From: Eukaryota sp. TZLM1-RC
Lineage: Eukaryota > Protista > Metamonada: BaSk clade
Direction: 5' to 3'
Assembly: GCA_040285825.1 (NCBI GenBank)
Contig: JAUPSS010000003.1
Span: 3,534,001-3,598,000 of the forward strand
Length of the DNA: 64,000 bases
A model generated the notes under the pieces. It was not told the origin of the DNA. It made no database searches and worked only from the letters and a program-made list of their open reading frames with translations. Below, piece by piece: positions 22,931-32,669 of this stretch. How positions within the stretch are numbered: position 1 is the first letter of the stretch; each line of letters starts with the position of its first letter. Both the position numbers and the translations under genes were made by a program.

Positions 22931-25132
22931 TCATCGTTCTTTGATGACCATGATACGTTCGAAGTTGTTTAAGTCTTCGATGTAGTATCTTTCATTTTCT
23001 GTTCCATCAATTTTATCGATGTAAAATATTGGATGAAAATTTTGAGACATTTGATGGGACAAATAATTGATCTCTTGATGGTCTATAGGCGGAACTATTT
23101 GAGACAACATATCAGCCCAGAAGTTATCTTCCCCTTTGGTATGTACCAAATCAAAGCAGAATTCAGAGAATATGGGTAACCATCTTGTTACAATTCTGTT
23201 CTTCTCAGGAGCCGTGAACATGTAGGTAAGGTTTTGATGGTCTGTGAATATAACCAGTTTCCTTCCTTTCAAGTAGTTTTCAAAACCACTTTGAGTTAAC
23301 ATGAGCAGTATGGCATAGAGTTCCTTTTGGTTTGTCGGCCAGTTCTTTTGCGAGTTAATTGACCAGCGGCTAAAGAAGCTGATAGGCCTACATTTCCTGT
23401 TGATCAGGGGGGTACCGGAATCGTCGACTTGTTCGATTTGTTCCCATATGACGCCGCCTACAGCTATGTCGGATGCATCGCAACTAATTAAAATTTGGTT
23501 TTCCAGGGGAGGTAAGCTGAGCGGCATGTGCTTCGCTATCAGTTGTTTGATCTTTTGAAGGAGTCCGTCGTGCAAGTCGGTCCATTGAAGGCGTTGCGCG
23601 CGGGGTTTGGGTTTAACGTTGGAGTTATTTCCATCCTTCTTAGTCAATCTGATGATAGGAGCGATGAGCTCAGATACCTGAGGAAGCCATTCTCTAATGA
23701 AGTTGACTGATCTTACGAGGCTGCGGACGTCTTTGATTGTCTTTGGTCTAGGTAGATTCAACAAAAATTCAACGCGAGTGGGATTGATAGTCCGTTGTTT
23801 GTTTTGGAAAACACTGCCCATTATCTTGACTGGGTGTCTGAAAGACACGAAATGGCACTTTGGAAGTCCCAAGGAAACTCTTTTGCATCTAGCTTGGTCG
23901 AGGACGCGTCGAAGGCGCTCGATGAATTCGTCAAAGGTTGAACCAATGATTATGATGTCATCTATGTAGATGAATACACCGTCTCCAGGGAAGATGTCAG
24001 CCATGACGTTTTGGAAAACGGCTGGGACATTCTTGAGGCCAAAAGCTGCACGTTTGAACATGATACTTTTGCCAGGAATGCTCAGGGCTGTTTTTTGCCA
24101 ATCCTTTTCAGCATTCTTGAGTTGCCAAAAGGCTTTGAGAAGGTCAAGGGTGCCTATGTAATTCGCTTGGGAGAGAAATACCAGCACATCGGAGATCCTT
24201 GGAAGGTTGGGCTCAACAGGAATGGTGTTGGCGTTGACTCCGTCCTTGCCACTATAGTCACCAGTAAGGCGGGGCTTACGGTGATCTGGGTAGACCTCTA
24301 GACATACAAGTGAGCTGAACTCATGGTTCGATTGAACAGCAAATCCTGAGTCTACGAGTTCATCGAAAATTTGGTTAGCGATTTCTAGCCTGGCTGGATT
24401 CAGGGTCCTGGGGGGTCTTCTAACTCTGACGTCTTCATTGTAGAAGTTGATTTCCATAGGAGGACAATCAATACCATCATCACGCGGCTTCAGGGTATAT
24501 ACGTCTTCAAACTCTTTCAATGTATGAAGTAGGGACTTCTTATACTGGTCGTTGTCGAGGTTGATGGTACAAACAGATGAGTTAATGTGTTCCAACCAAC
24601 GTGTGGGAACGTTGACGACCTCTGAAGCTTGCGAGATTCGATGGTCGAATTCAGCTTCAGGTAATAGTAATGTACGACAGGCGTCGTCCATTCTAATATA
24701 AATGCCCTTGCTGTTCAACAGCCCAAGGTGACTCAACAAGTCAGCACCAATGAGAATGGTCTCATGTCCAGGAACGATGCTGAATTTGTGTTTCACATGT
24801 ACAATCTGGGTAACACTGCTTAGTCTAATACTAAGGGTTCCAGAAGCAGTACCAAGGGACTGTGAGGTAGTTCCATCAGCAATCTTGTATGATATGGTTT
24901 CGTTGGAACGTGCCATGTTACAATTACTGATGACGTCTTCCGTGACTACTGAGCATGTTGCACCAGAGTCAATTATGCCTTTAACTTCGACATTGTTGAT
25001 CAAAAAGTTTAATTGTAGGCAGTTGTGATTCATGGATTGTACCATAAAAATTGTATCAGAATCATGTACATTTAAGTCGGCTTGTTCTGAGAAGAAGTTA
25101 GCCTGACTGTTGGGTATCTTGGTAGGTTCCAA
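22931..25132 (-). CDS. pol: Gypsy protease, RT and RNase H
   Basis: IIDSGA, ILIGADLL, LDL.KAFWQ, YIDD, CDASD; stop at 22931 separates it from the integrase. Confidence 0.92.
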   Translation of the reverse strand: MEPTKIPNSQANFFSEQADLNVHDSDTIFMVQSMNHNCLQLNFLINNVEVKGIIDSGATCSVVTEDVISNCNMARSNETISYKIADGTTSQSLGTASGTLSIRLSSVTQIVHVKHKFSIVPGHETILIGADLLSHLGLLNSKGIYIRMDDACRTLLLPEAEFDHRISQASEVVNVPTRWLEHINSSVCTINLDNDQYKKSLLHTLKEFEDVYTLKPRDDGIDCPPMEINFYNEDVRVRRPPRTLNPARLEIANQIFDELVDSGFAVQSNHEFSSLVCLEVYPDHRKPRLTGDYSGKDGVNANTIPVEPNLPRISDVLVFLSQANYIGTLDLLKAFWQLKNAEKDWQKTALSIPGKSIMFKRAAFGLKNVPAVFQNVMADIFPGDGVFIYIDDIIIIGSTFDEFIERLRRVLDQARCKRVSLGLPKCHFVSFRHPVKIMGSVFQNKQRTINPTRVEFLLNLPRPKTIKDVRSLVRSVNFIREWLPQVSELIAPIIRLTKKDGNNSNVKPKPRAQRLQWTDLHDGLLQKIKQLIAKHMPLSLPPLENQILISCDASDIAVGGVIWEQIEQVDDSGTPLINRKCRPISFFSRWSINSQKNWPTNQKELYAILLMLTQSGFENYLKGRKLVIFTDHQNLTYMFTAPEKNRIVTRWLPIFSEFCFDLVHTKGEDNFWADMLSQIVPPIDHQEINYLSHQMSQNFHPIFYIDKIDGTENERYYIEDLNNFERIMVIKER

Positions 25133-26330
25133 GTTGGCGAGTGGATTGATTAGAGAATCTTTCCATGCTGAACTTTCTGTGTGTGGTTGTGTTGTTGTTG
25201 TAGGGGGTATGGTTTCTAAAGTACATAAATAGTGACGGGAACGTTTATTGTAAGAAGAGCCTCTGCCTCTGCCGCGAGTACCTCTTCGACTACGGAAACC
25301 AGAACCTCTAGCACTTCCTCCTCGAGCTTGCAGTTGAGCTTGTTGCTCTCTCCATTTCTTGCTCCTTTGGCAGTCTTCACTGGGACACCTTTCGGTCGGA
25401 TGGCCCTTTTGCTTACAGAAGTTGCATTGGACATCAGCGGCCTGGGCAAATTTGCCTCTACAGGTTTAGTTAAATCATTTACTCCACCAATACCACTAAA
25501 ATCGCCAGTTAATTGTGGTTTCCTGTGATCAGGGTAAATCACAAGACAGATGGGACTACTGAATTGAGACTTTGCGGGCACAGCAAATCCATTACGGATC
25601 AATTCGTTAAAAATTTCCTCGGCTGCCCGTTGTTTTTCTGGGTTTAATCTTCGAGGTTTCCTTTTGACGACCTTACTTTCGTCATAAAATGAAATGGTCA
25701 TCAGCTGACAATCAATTCCATCCGGGTGAGGTAGCCCACTAAATACATTTCTATATTTTTCGAGTAGCACGACTTGGCGTTCCTCGTCCCTAATGTCATC
25801 CAGGCACATTCTACAGCCCAACTCATCTAAATCATGTCGAAATGTGGAATGCCCAAACTCATTACCTAAGTCTGATTTATTACTCAATTGTTCTATGAAT
25901 CTAATTGGTTGACAAATTCTATTATCAAACTCACATTCAGCATTTAAGATGGTGCGGTGTTCGTGATCCAAATAAAGATTAAAACCATGCTCCGTGCGTA
26001 GCCCCAAGGTTTGTAATAAGTCTCTTCCGATCAAAAGATTATTGGTACCAGGAATGATCTGGAGTTCGATCCTTAAAAACACTTGAATGGCCAAGCTACC
26101 CACATTTAGAGCAAGAACACCACTTGCACATCCCAGGGTCGTGGAGCGAATACTATTTGCCGATAAGTATTCGACAGTCTTATTGTCATTAACTGTCATA
26201 TTACATTTAGAGGCTAAATTCATTGATAATGCTGAAAATGCAGCTTCATTATCAATTTCGCCTTGCCTTGTACTTCCACGCTGTTTATTGAACAGGTTAA
26301 CCAGAGTTCCCCGTCAGAACTTACTTGGTC

Positions 26331-27245
26331 TCATGTCACCCTGGATAGTCTAACACTGTGGATAGAACCCACAGAATTGGATGACTCTCTAAATCTTTTC
26401 AATGGATTTAGGTATTTATTATTCGAATCAATTTTGCTCATTTTATAAATGGTGTTGATTGAATTATTTGTAAGGTTATTATTCAAAGATGTGTATTCAT
26501 CTGATTTATTGCTACTACGTTTCCTATCACGTTTCTCCCCTCCTTGGCGCTTTTTAGAACCTGGTCTTCCCACTATTTTAAAACATTTCTCTTCAGGATG
26601 TTTATTGGTTTTGCATAAGCTACACCATTGATCTGAAAGGTTGGGTCGACTGCTTACTCTAGGGTTCTTAAAAGAACCTTTTGACTGGCTTCGTCCTTTT
26701 TGCGCAGGAGCGTGAGTACCAAAAGCTGTTCTTATCAGGTTAATGTCTTTGATTGAGGATTCAAGGCTATTGATCTTATTAACAAATGCGTTACCTAAAT
26801 CGTAAATCGCATCGCCCAGTTTCTCATTACTCGAATTAAACTTGCCAATCCAAATGATATATGTGTCCATCAATTTGTTGTTTGTTTTGTCGTTAATAGT
26901 TTCGAGAAATCTCTTTGCTGGGTAGACAACAGACGGATTTCCATCCGTTCCGGGCATAATTGTAGAGCGTCTAATTATATATATGATCTGCTCTATGAAG
27001 GCTGTCCATGAAGATTTAGCGCTCATTCTGCGACTGATTTTAGGTGGTCTTACAGACCTCAAAGTCTTCTCAACATCGGTAGAATATTTGTACTGGGTGC
27101 TGAGCAGCAAATATTTCCAGATTTCGGCATCAGATGGGTTGTTGCCTAACACGTTTGTTCGGCCTCCATAAAAACTCTGCCATTCTGCGATGACCTTACC
27201 CTCGATCATAAACCTCAAATACAAAGGGTCCACTTCGAAGAACAT
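26331..27245 (-). CDS. gag: Gag C-terminal part with CCHC zinc knuckle
   Basis: CX2CX4HX4C motif directly upstream of the protease. Confidence 0.75.
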   Translation of the reverse strand: MFFEVDPLYLRFMIEGKVIAEWQSFYGGRTNVLGNNPSDAEIWKYLLLSTQYKYSTDVEKTLRSVRPPKISRRMSAKSSWTAFIEQIIYIIRRSTIMPGTDGNPSVVYPAKRFLETINDKTNNKLMDTYIIWIGKFNSSNEKLGDAIYDLGNAFVNKINSLESSIKDINLIRTAFGTHAPAQKGRSQSKGSFKNPRVSSRPNLSDQWCSLCKTNKHPEEKCFKIVGRPGSKKRQGGEKRDRKRSSNKSDEYTSLNNNLTNNSINTIYKMSKIDSNNKYLNPLKRFRESSNSVGSIHSVRLSRVT

Positions 27246-27861
27246 GGATCTAACGAAGTCGTACTGATGAACAGGTGGACCGTATTTGGAGATCGGCGTA
27301 AATGCTCTGGTGGGTCCATCGCGTTTTGGTGGGTCCTAACCGTTTTAGCCCAATTGCCAAAGTTAAGAACGAAGTCGAAGATCTTCTTGGCGTCAACCGC
27401 TTCATTTAACTTAACTAGACATCTGAGTTTGTCGTCTATTCGTTTCCTCAATTTCTCCTCGTCTGTTACAGGAGTTCTATAAAGACCGAGAGTGTCGACG
27501 AGAGAATCTCTAGGAGCATTCGTTCCTAGGGGTTGCGTGGGTATAGATGGTTTTATAATAGATGCTTGTGTAGGAGTTGCTTCACAAGGAGCTCTCCTAG
27601 ATGCCAGAGGCCCTACAAAAGGTGTACTAAATAAGTTCATATTCCTCTCTTCTGAAGGCAATGTTTCGCCCAACCTTATGATAAATCTTGTCTTAGGAGG
27701 TTCCTCCTGCACAGGTACAGTCTGGGCTGGTGGCCTTAAGTCCACCCAATCTGAACATCTTTAGATCTTCTAGGGACCCCTGCTAATTTGTGATCATATG
27801 GAAGGCAACTGCTCTTTATAAAGACATTCTCAAAAACATTTTGGTTGGGCCAGCTATCAAC

Positions 27862-28509
27862 CTATGGTTTAAGTTTTGCCATGCATGCATCAGAATATAC
27901 TAATTTTAACTTGTTAGGGCCAACACGTTGCTCTTTCAATTCAATTACCCTGGTGCCTATTTCTCTAATGTAGGACTTTTTGGCATAAAATTGAAGGGTG
28001 TCACCTCGAGATTCATCGAATCTGCCCCCAAGCATAAGAAAGATGTCCGCAATGGAATTTTTTGGGTGTACGTTCTCCACTAGGAAATGCCTTTTGACGC
28101 CTCCAAGGTTTCTATTCTGTTGATTATGAGGATACATTTTAGCTATCCAAAATAGTCTGTCGTAAGCTTCTTGATTTCCACTGAAATATATTTTGTGGTC
28201 ATCAATCGCATCCCTATGCCACTTGGCTGGCCTGGGAGTAGCAGCTTGATACTTTGAACGAGGAGCGCTAAAATAGCAATCCTCAACTGCACTCATCCCA
28301 CACGAGACTGCCGAATCGGTAAGATCATCCAATCTCTTTAAAAGATTTGGACTCTGATCATAACTCTCGTAGACGACGTCGTCAAGTGTTTTGCTGTGGG
28401 CTTCCCCAAAGAGAATGGGCCAACGTTTCACTAAATAGTCACGTCTGACCTTCTCACATTCGGCTGGGTCTACGTCTCCCGAGAGGCGTTCTGACTCATT
28501 CTCAGCCAT
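27862..28509 (-). CDS. Hypothetical 215-aa protein upstream of gag (retroelement-associated)
   Basis: ORF co-oriented with gag; follows low-complexity ORF 28531-29259. Confidence 0.4.
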   Translation of the reverse strand: MAENESERLSGDVDPAECEKVRRDYLVKRWPILFGEAHSKTLDDVVYESYDQSPNLLKRLDDLTDSAVSCGMSAVEDCYFSAPRSKYQAATPRPAKWHRDAIDDHKIYFSGNQEAYDRLFWIAKMYPHNQQNRNLGGVKRHFLVENVHPKNSIADIFLMLGGRFDESRGDTLQFYAKKSYIREIGTRVIELKEQRVGPNKLKLVYSDACMAKLKP

Positions 28510-29331
28510 TTTTAGTAATTCATCATCACTCTAATCCATTACATCATCGGGAGGATTGGCGATGAGATCCAATAGGAAATCTCTGGTTACAGCCTCAACT
28601 GTTTTTGCTAGTTTCCTTTGGTGAAAACCTTGAGAAGTTCTTTCCGTAGATGGAAAACTTGGAGTTGGATTAGAAGGATTGGGTGTATGAGGAGGTTCAT
28701 CATCGCTCTCATCCCCTCTTCTGCTGTTATCCTGATTATGAGTTCCTCTGGAATCACTTTGTGGTTCCTCACTTAAGCTGGTGTCAGAAGTGGGTGACGA
28801 GGGAGTTTTACATGAAGAGCTAGTCATAGACTGTTGCTCGCCTTCACCTCCTTCATTTTCTGTACAAGCGTTAGAATTGTTAGTTATAGAAAACGCTTTG
28901 AATCTCCGTTGCTCGCTCGGAGTAAGAAAACTCTTCCTACAAGGAAGGAGCTCCGAGGAGTTGTTAGGGTATGTGTACAGTTCTGTCACATCAACAACGT
29001 GATTACCACTCTCTGTATTGGGGAGGTGACCTCCTTTCTGAGAGGTAATGCTCTTCTCAGCGGGAAGTTCACTCTCCTGAGGAGGATTTCTCTTCCTGAA
29101 GGAAGGATTACTCTTCTCGAAAGAAGGATTACTCTCCGTAGATGGAGGATTACTCTCCTTAGTAGGAGGTTTACCGTTAATGTTCTCGCCGGAGCCATTA
29201 ATTAATGATGCTGTATGGTTAGACATTACAGAATAGAGATAAAAGATAAAGATATTCATTTAAATTTCACTGGCCCTTGTAAAGGTCATCACTAGTGAAG
29301 TATGTACTAGACTAATTGTCCACAGTACAAC

Positions 29332-29700
29332 ATATTGCAAGCTAATAGACCATGGCATGTAGTGACGGCATTTTTTTCTCTCTGATAAAATTTGAATTGT
29401 TGACTCTCAAAAAAGTTCCAACCTTTTCAAAACAAACAGGACATTTTGCTAAAGTTAATACTTCAAAACTATTTCTCTTCAGAAACTGAATCCATCCAAT
29501 TCTTCTAGTAGCTCGATGATGTTTTAAATTCTTGGAACCGTTTTTACCATAATCACCCATTAAAATTAAAATGTCTTTTGGATTCAAAATGTCATTTTGA
29601 GGAACCATGCCCAATTCTTGGTTAGTCTTTTTACTCTCAAAGTATAATAAATCAGGTTATCCAGGGTCACTTGCAACTACTCATTTATCTTGAAAATTTT
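29332..29700 (-). pseudogene. Internally deleted Fanzor1 relic
   Basis: VVASDPG*PDLLY (RuvC-I), ILMGDY..KHH, KCPVC, FLRVNN..TTCHGLLAC: typical Fanzor1 motif order. Confidence 0.7.
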
Positions 29701-29707
29701 AAATATC

Positions 29708-29834
29708 TGTAGGTATCTCACTAGTGAGTACCTTAGTATATATATGTAATAGTATTAAATAAAATTATCTTTATCTTAACCCGCCTTACTAAACATTCTA
29801 ACATTCAGCTAGCATAATGCTCAACGGCAAAACA
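29708..29834 (+). repeat. Solo LTR (family C)
   Basis: Similar to 3258 and 62770; no PPT in front; right end approximate. Confidence 0.7.
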
Positions 29835-30957
29835 TCAACATCATTAATATACAGATCAGAAATACTGGCCTTGTTGTCTAGTTACATTTCTGGCCTTCCA
29901 AATGTCGACGAACGAATTACACTGCACTATTAAAACCATCTGTGTGGATAATGTTGTTGGATTTTTAGCTCTTCTGTTTGAACAATGGCTGGTTTATCTC
30001 GAGAATAATAGACCAAAATTCAAATTGCTGAGGTGGTTTGAATTTCGTAAGTTGAACTAGTGTAATGGACATTTATAGCGTCTGTGTAGGTGATAAATCG
30101 TCAATTAATTTTTGTTTAATAATTGTCCATATTGTTCTTGTATCAATAGGAAATTATCCTGGACCTACAGTGGTTGAAACAGGAGAAATATGATAAATGT
30201 TTCTCTCTCTACTGCAAATATATTGGGCAATTGCAATTGCTGGTCTCAGGAGTATTTGAGGATTTTTTTCAACAGCGTCTGCAACAAAATGAATATCCAC
30301 TGGAAATATGTTATTAACTAAATTCTCGTCATTGACCAAATTCTCAATTTGACCAGTAAATGTCTCAATAAGACCTTCAAAGATGTAGCTACGATCATTA
30401 TTTCTTATATCATGTTGTTCACATAAATCGAAAAATTCATCATTCAGAGGATCTGCAATATTTAAAGGATGATAAACCAAAGAACTCAAGCAATCTCTAT
30501 TTTCAACTAAAAACAAGTTTTTGAATTGACGAAGCCTAAATCTCTGAAGTGAAATAATTGTAGATAATGGCGTTCAGTATCCACCCAGCTTGTGCATCTC
30601 TGTCAAAACATTTTGCACATCTGGTTTTTCAAAATAAACATTAATAAAACGATTGATATGTTTTTCATAATTGAATTTCAATTTATTCTCAAAATTGGCA
30701 AACTTTGCTGGGGCCATATACTCAGGTGGTCTATTGAAGCCATCAGTTAGAAATTGTCGAAACTGTTCAGGCTTGTGTCTTAAGTGATCAAGATAACTCA
30801 ATGTCTTGTTTAACTTTTGTTGCTCAAAGGTAGTTCTTAAAGTATAAACTCTTTCACCATGCACAAAGTTTTCAAAATCCTGTGGAAATGCACTTCTTGC
30901 TTTCACTATTTCTTGCCCATAGTACTCAGCTAAAATATAACGAATTCTGGCCATTAA

Positions 30958-32669
30958 GCAAAAATACCCTTCTATAAAAATAGTTGCTTACATGGATGAT
31001 ATATCCTTGATTGGTTCATTTGATTTACTAGAATTGGTTGCTCAAGAAATTGCCGATTCATATGAAAATATTGGGCTTCATCTTAATGCGAGCAAATGCC
31101 TTCTGATTGGCTCTTCTGCTCAAAATCTCGTGATAAACGATTCTATTGTCCCTTCTACTAATTATAGTAGTGATGCTTTTAAGTTCCTTGGTTGTTGGTT
31201 AGGAAACGTGCCTCAAATTCAGAATGAATTGCAAGTTATTTTGGAAATAATGAAAATTGAACTTGATTCAATTTCTTCTTTAGATATAGAAAAACATATT
31301 AAATTTTTCATGCTTAAAATTTGCTACACTGGGAGAATAACCCACATTTTGAGATTTTGTGCTCCTTCCATAGAATTAGATTTTTGTCGTTCTTTTAATT
31401 CATTGAGAACAGAATTTTTTGCTGATTTATTGGATGTAGAACCAGGAATGTTGAAAAGTCACTTATTTTCTTCAGCAAATTTGGGTGGTATTGGATTTAC
31501 TAAATCTTCAATTTTGTGTCAATCAGCTTTCTTGGGTGGTGGCAAAAATTTTATTTATGAATTTTCTCGTAGATTTCCTAATGATTCTCATCTGTTAGTT
31601 CCCAGTTGCAGTCCATATTTGTATGAGTTATCTTGTGAACTTGAAAAATTGCCACCACAAATTTGGACCAAATGTTTTCCTCAATCAATTCAAGAAATTC
31701 CAAACCGATCTCTTTTTAATTTACAGTTTTGCTGTAAAAAGCTTCAACAAAAATTGTCAAAGATTTTTGAAAGCTTGGATTTTGATGTTAGACTTGGATT
31801 GGCTAAGAAAAAGAATCCCGCTTTTGCAAATCTTTTACAAGATATGTGTGATAGTACTTCTTCTGCCTTAGTAACAACAATTCCTCAAGTTTATGGTTCT
31901 CCCTTAACTGATTCTGCTTGGACTCTGAATATGAGATTTCGTTCCTTTATCTGGCCTGATAATTTACCTCGTAATTTTATTTGTAAATGTTCTCGAAAAA
32001 TTACAATTACTCATTTGTTAAATTGTAAACATTTTATTACTTTTAGAAGCAAGGTTCATGATGCTGTAAGAGACCAGTTATATTGTATGTGTAAGTCTCA
32101 TAGAATTGAATCCTTTTTGGAACCTCTGTTGTCAAATCTGTTTGATACTGAAGATGATTTTCATAAGAATAATAGAGGTGATGTAATATTATTTGGATTA
32201 GATGGAAGCTTCATTTTATTGGATGTAATGTCTGTTGATCCTTGTAATGCCTCAAATGAAAGGCTTGTTAATTCTGAAATTCATAATCATCTTTCAAATG
32301 CTGAAAATTTCAACATCAAATAATACAATAAACCTTTGTCCAAATTGTCCAGTCAACAGCATGCAAAATACTGTTTGTATACATTTGTATTTTCTCTTTT
32401 TGGTTCACTTGCTCCAACGGCTATACGTTTTTTGGCAGATTTTGAAATGATTATAAAGAGAAAAACTGACAGAAATTTCAACAAATTGTTTTGGCAAAAT
32501 AGAATTGTGTTTTCTATTTTTAAGGGGATGTTGAAGATGGTTTCTGATGCTTTGCTTTCTCTTGGATCTCATTATGAGAGAGTTGCATCTAGTGTTTTTG
32601 TTTTGGGAGAGATGGATTTTTTAGGTGTTAATTTATAGGTTTTTAATAAAATTAAAATTAATAAAACAA
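30958..32669 (+). mobile_element. 5'-truncated CRE-like non-LTR insertion, family B
   Basis: TSD AATTCTGGCCATTAA at 30943-30957 and 32670-32684; A-rich tail; homologous to 50350-52060. Confidence 0.92.
30992..32638 (+). pseudogene. RT C-terminus (YMDD), thumb, CCHC finger, RLE; stop at 32323
   Basis: YMDDI, KFLG, LGGIG, CKC..HLLNC, VHD, RGDV..LDV. Confidence 0.88.

Larger units (their letters stand above)
12986..24018. repeat. Direct tandem duplication, period ~4.2 kb (three pol segments, two homeobox-5'/LTR segments)
   Basis: Near-identical blocks starting ~12986, 17207 and 21416; identical junctions at 15591 and 19812; LTR copies 17066-17212 and 21275-21421. Confidence 0.93.
12845..25445 (-). 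mobile_element. Ty3/gypsy element 2 (same family as element 1), expanded by internal tandem duplication and truncated in gag
   Basis: LTR 12845-12991 with PPT; pol pieces repeated three times; protease IDSGA and gag knuckle CNFCKQKGHPTERC at ~25.0-25.44 kb. Confidence 0.9.
25441..29332 (-). mobile_element. 5' half of a different gypsy element (long fragmented gag region, protease, RT start) fused to element 2
   Basis: Gag knuckle CSLCKTNKHPEEKC (26331-27245); protease-like IDNEA and LLIGRDLL; RT start to ANLPR; fusion at CCAGG microhomology ~25441-25445. Right boundary approximate. Confidence 0.75.
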
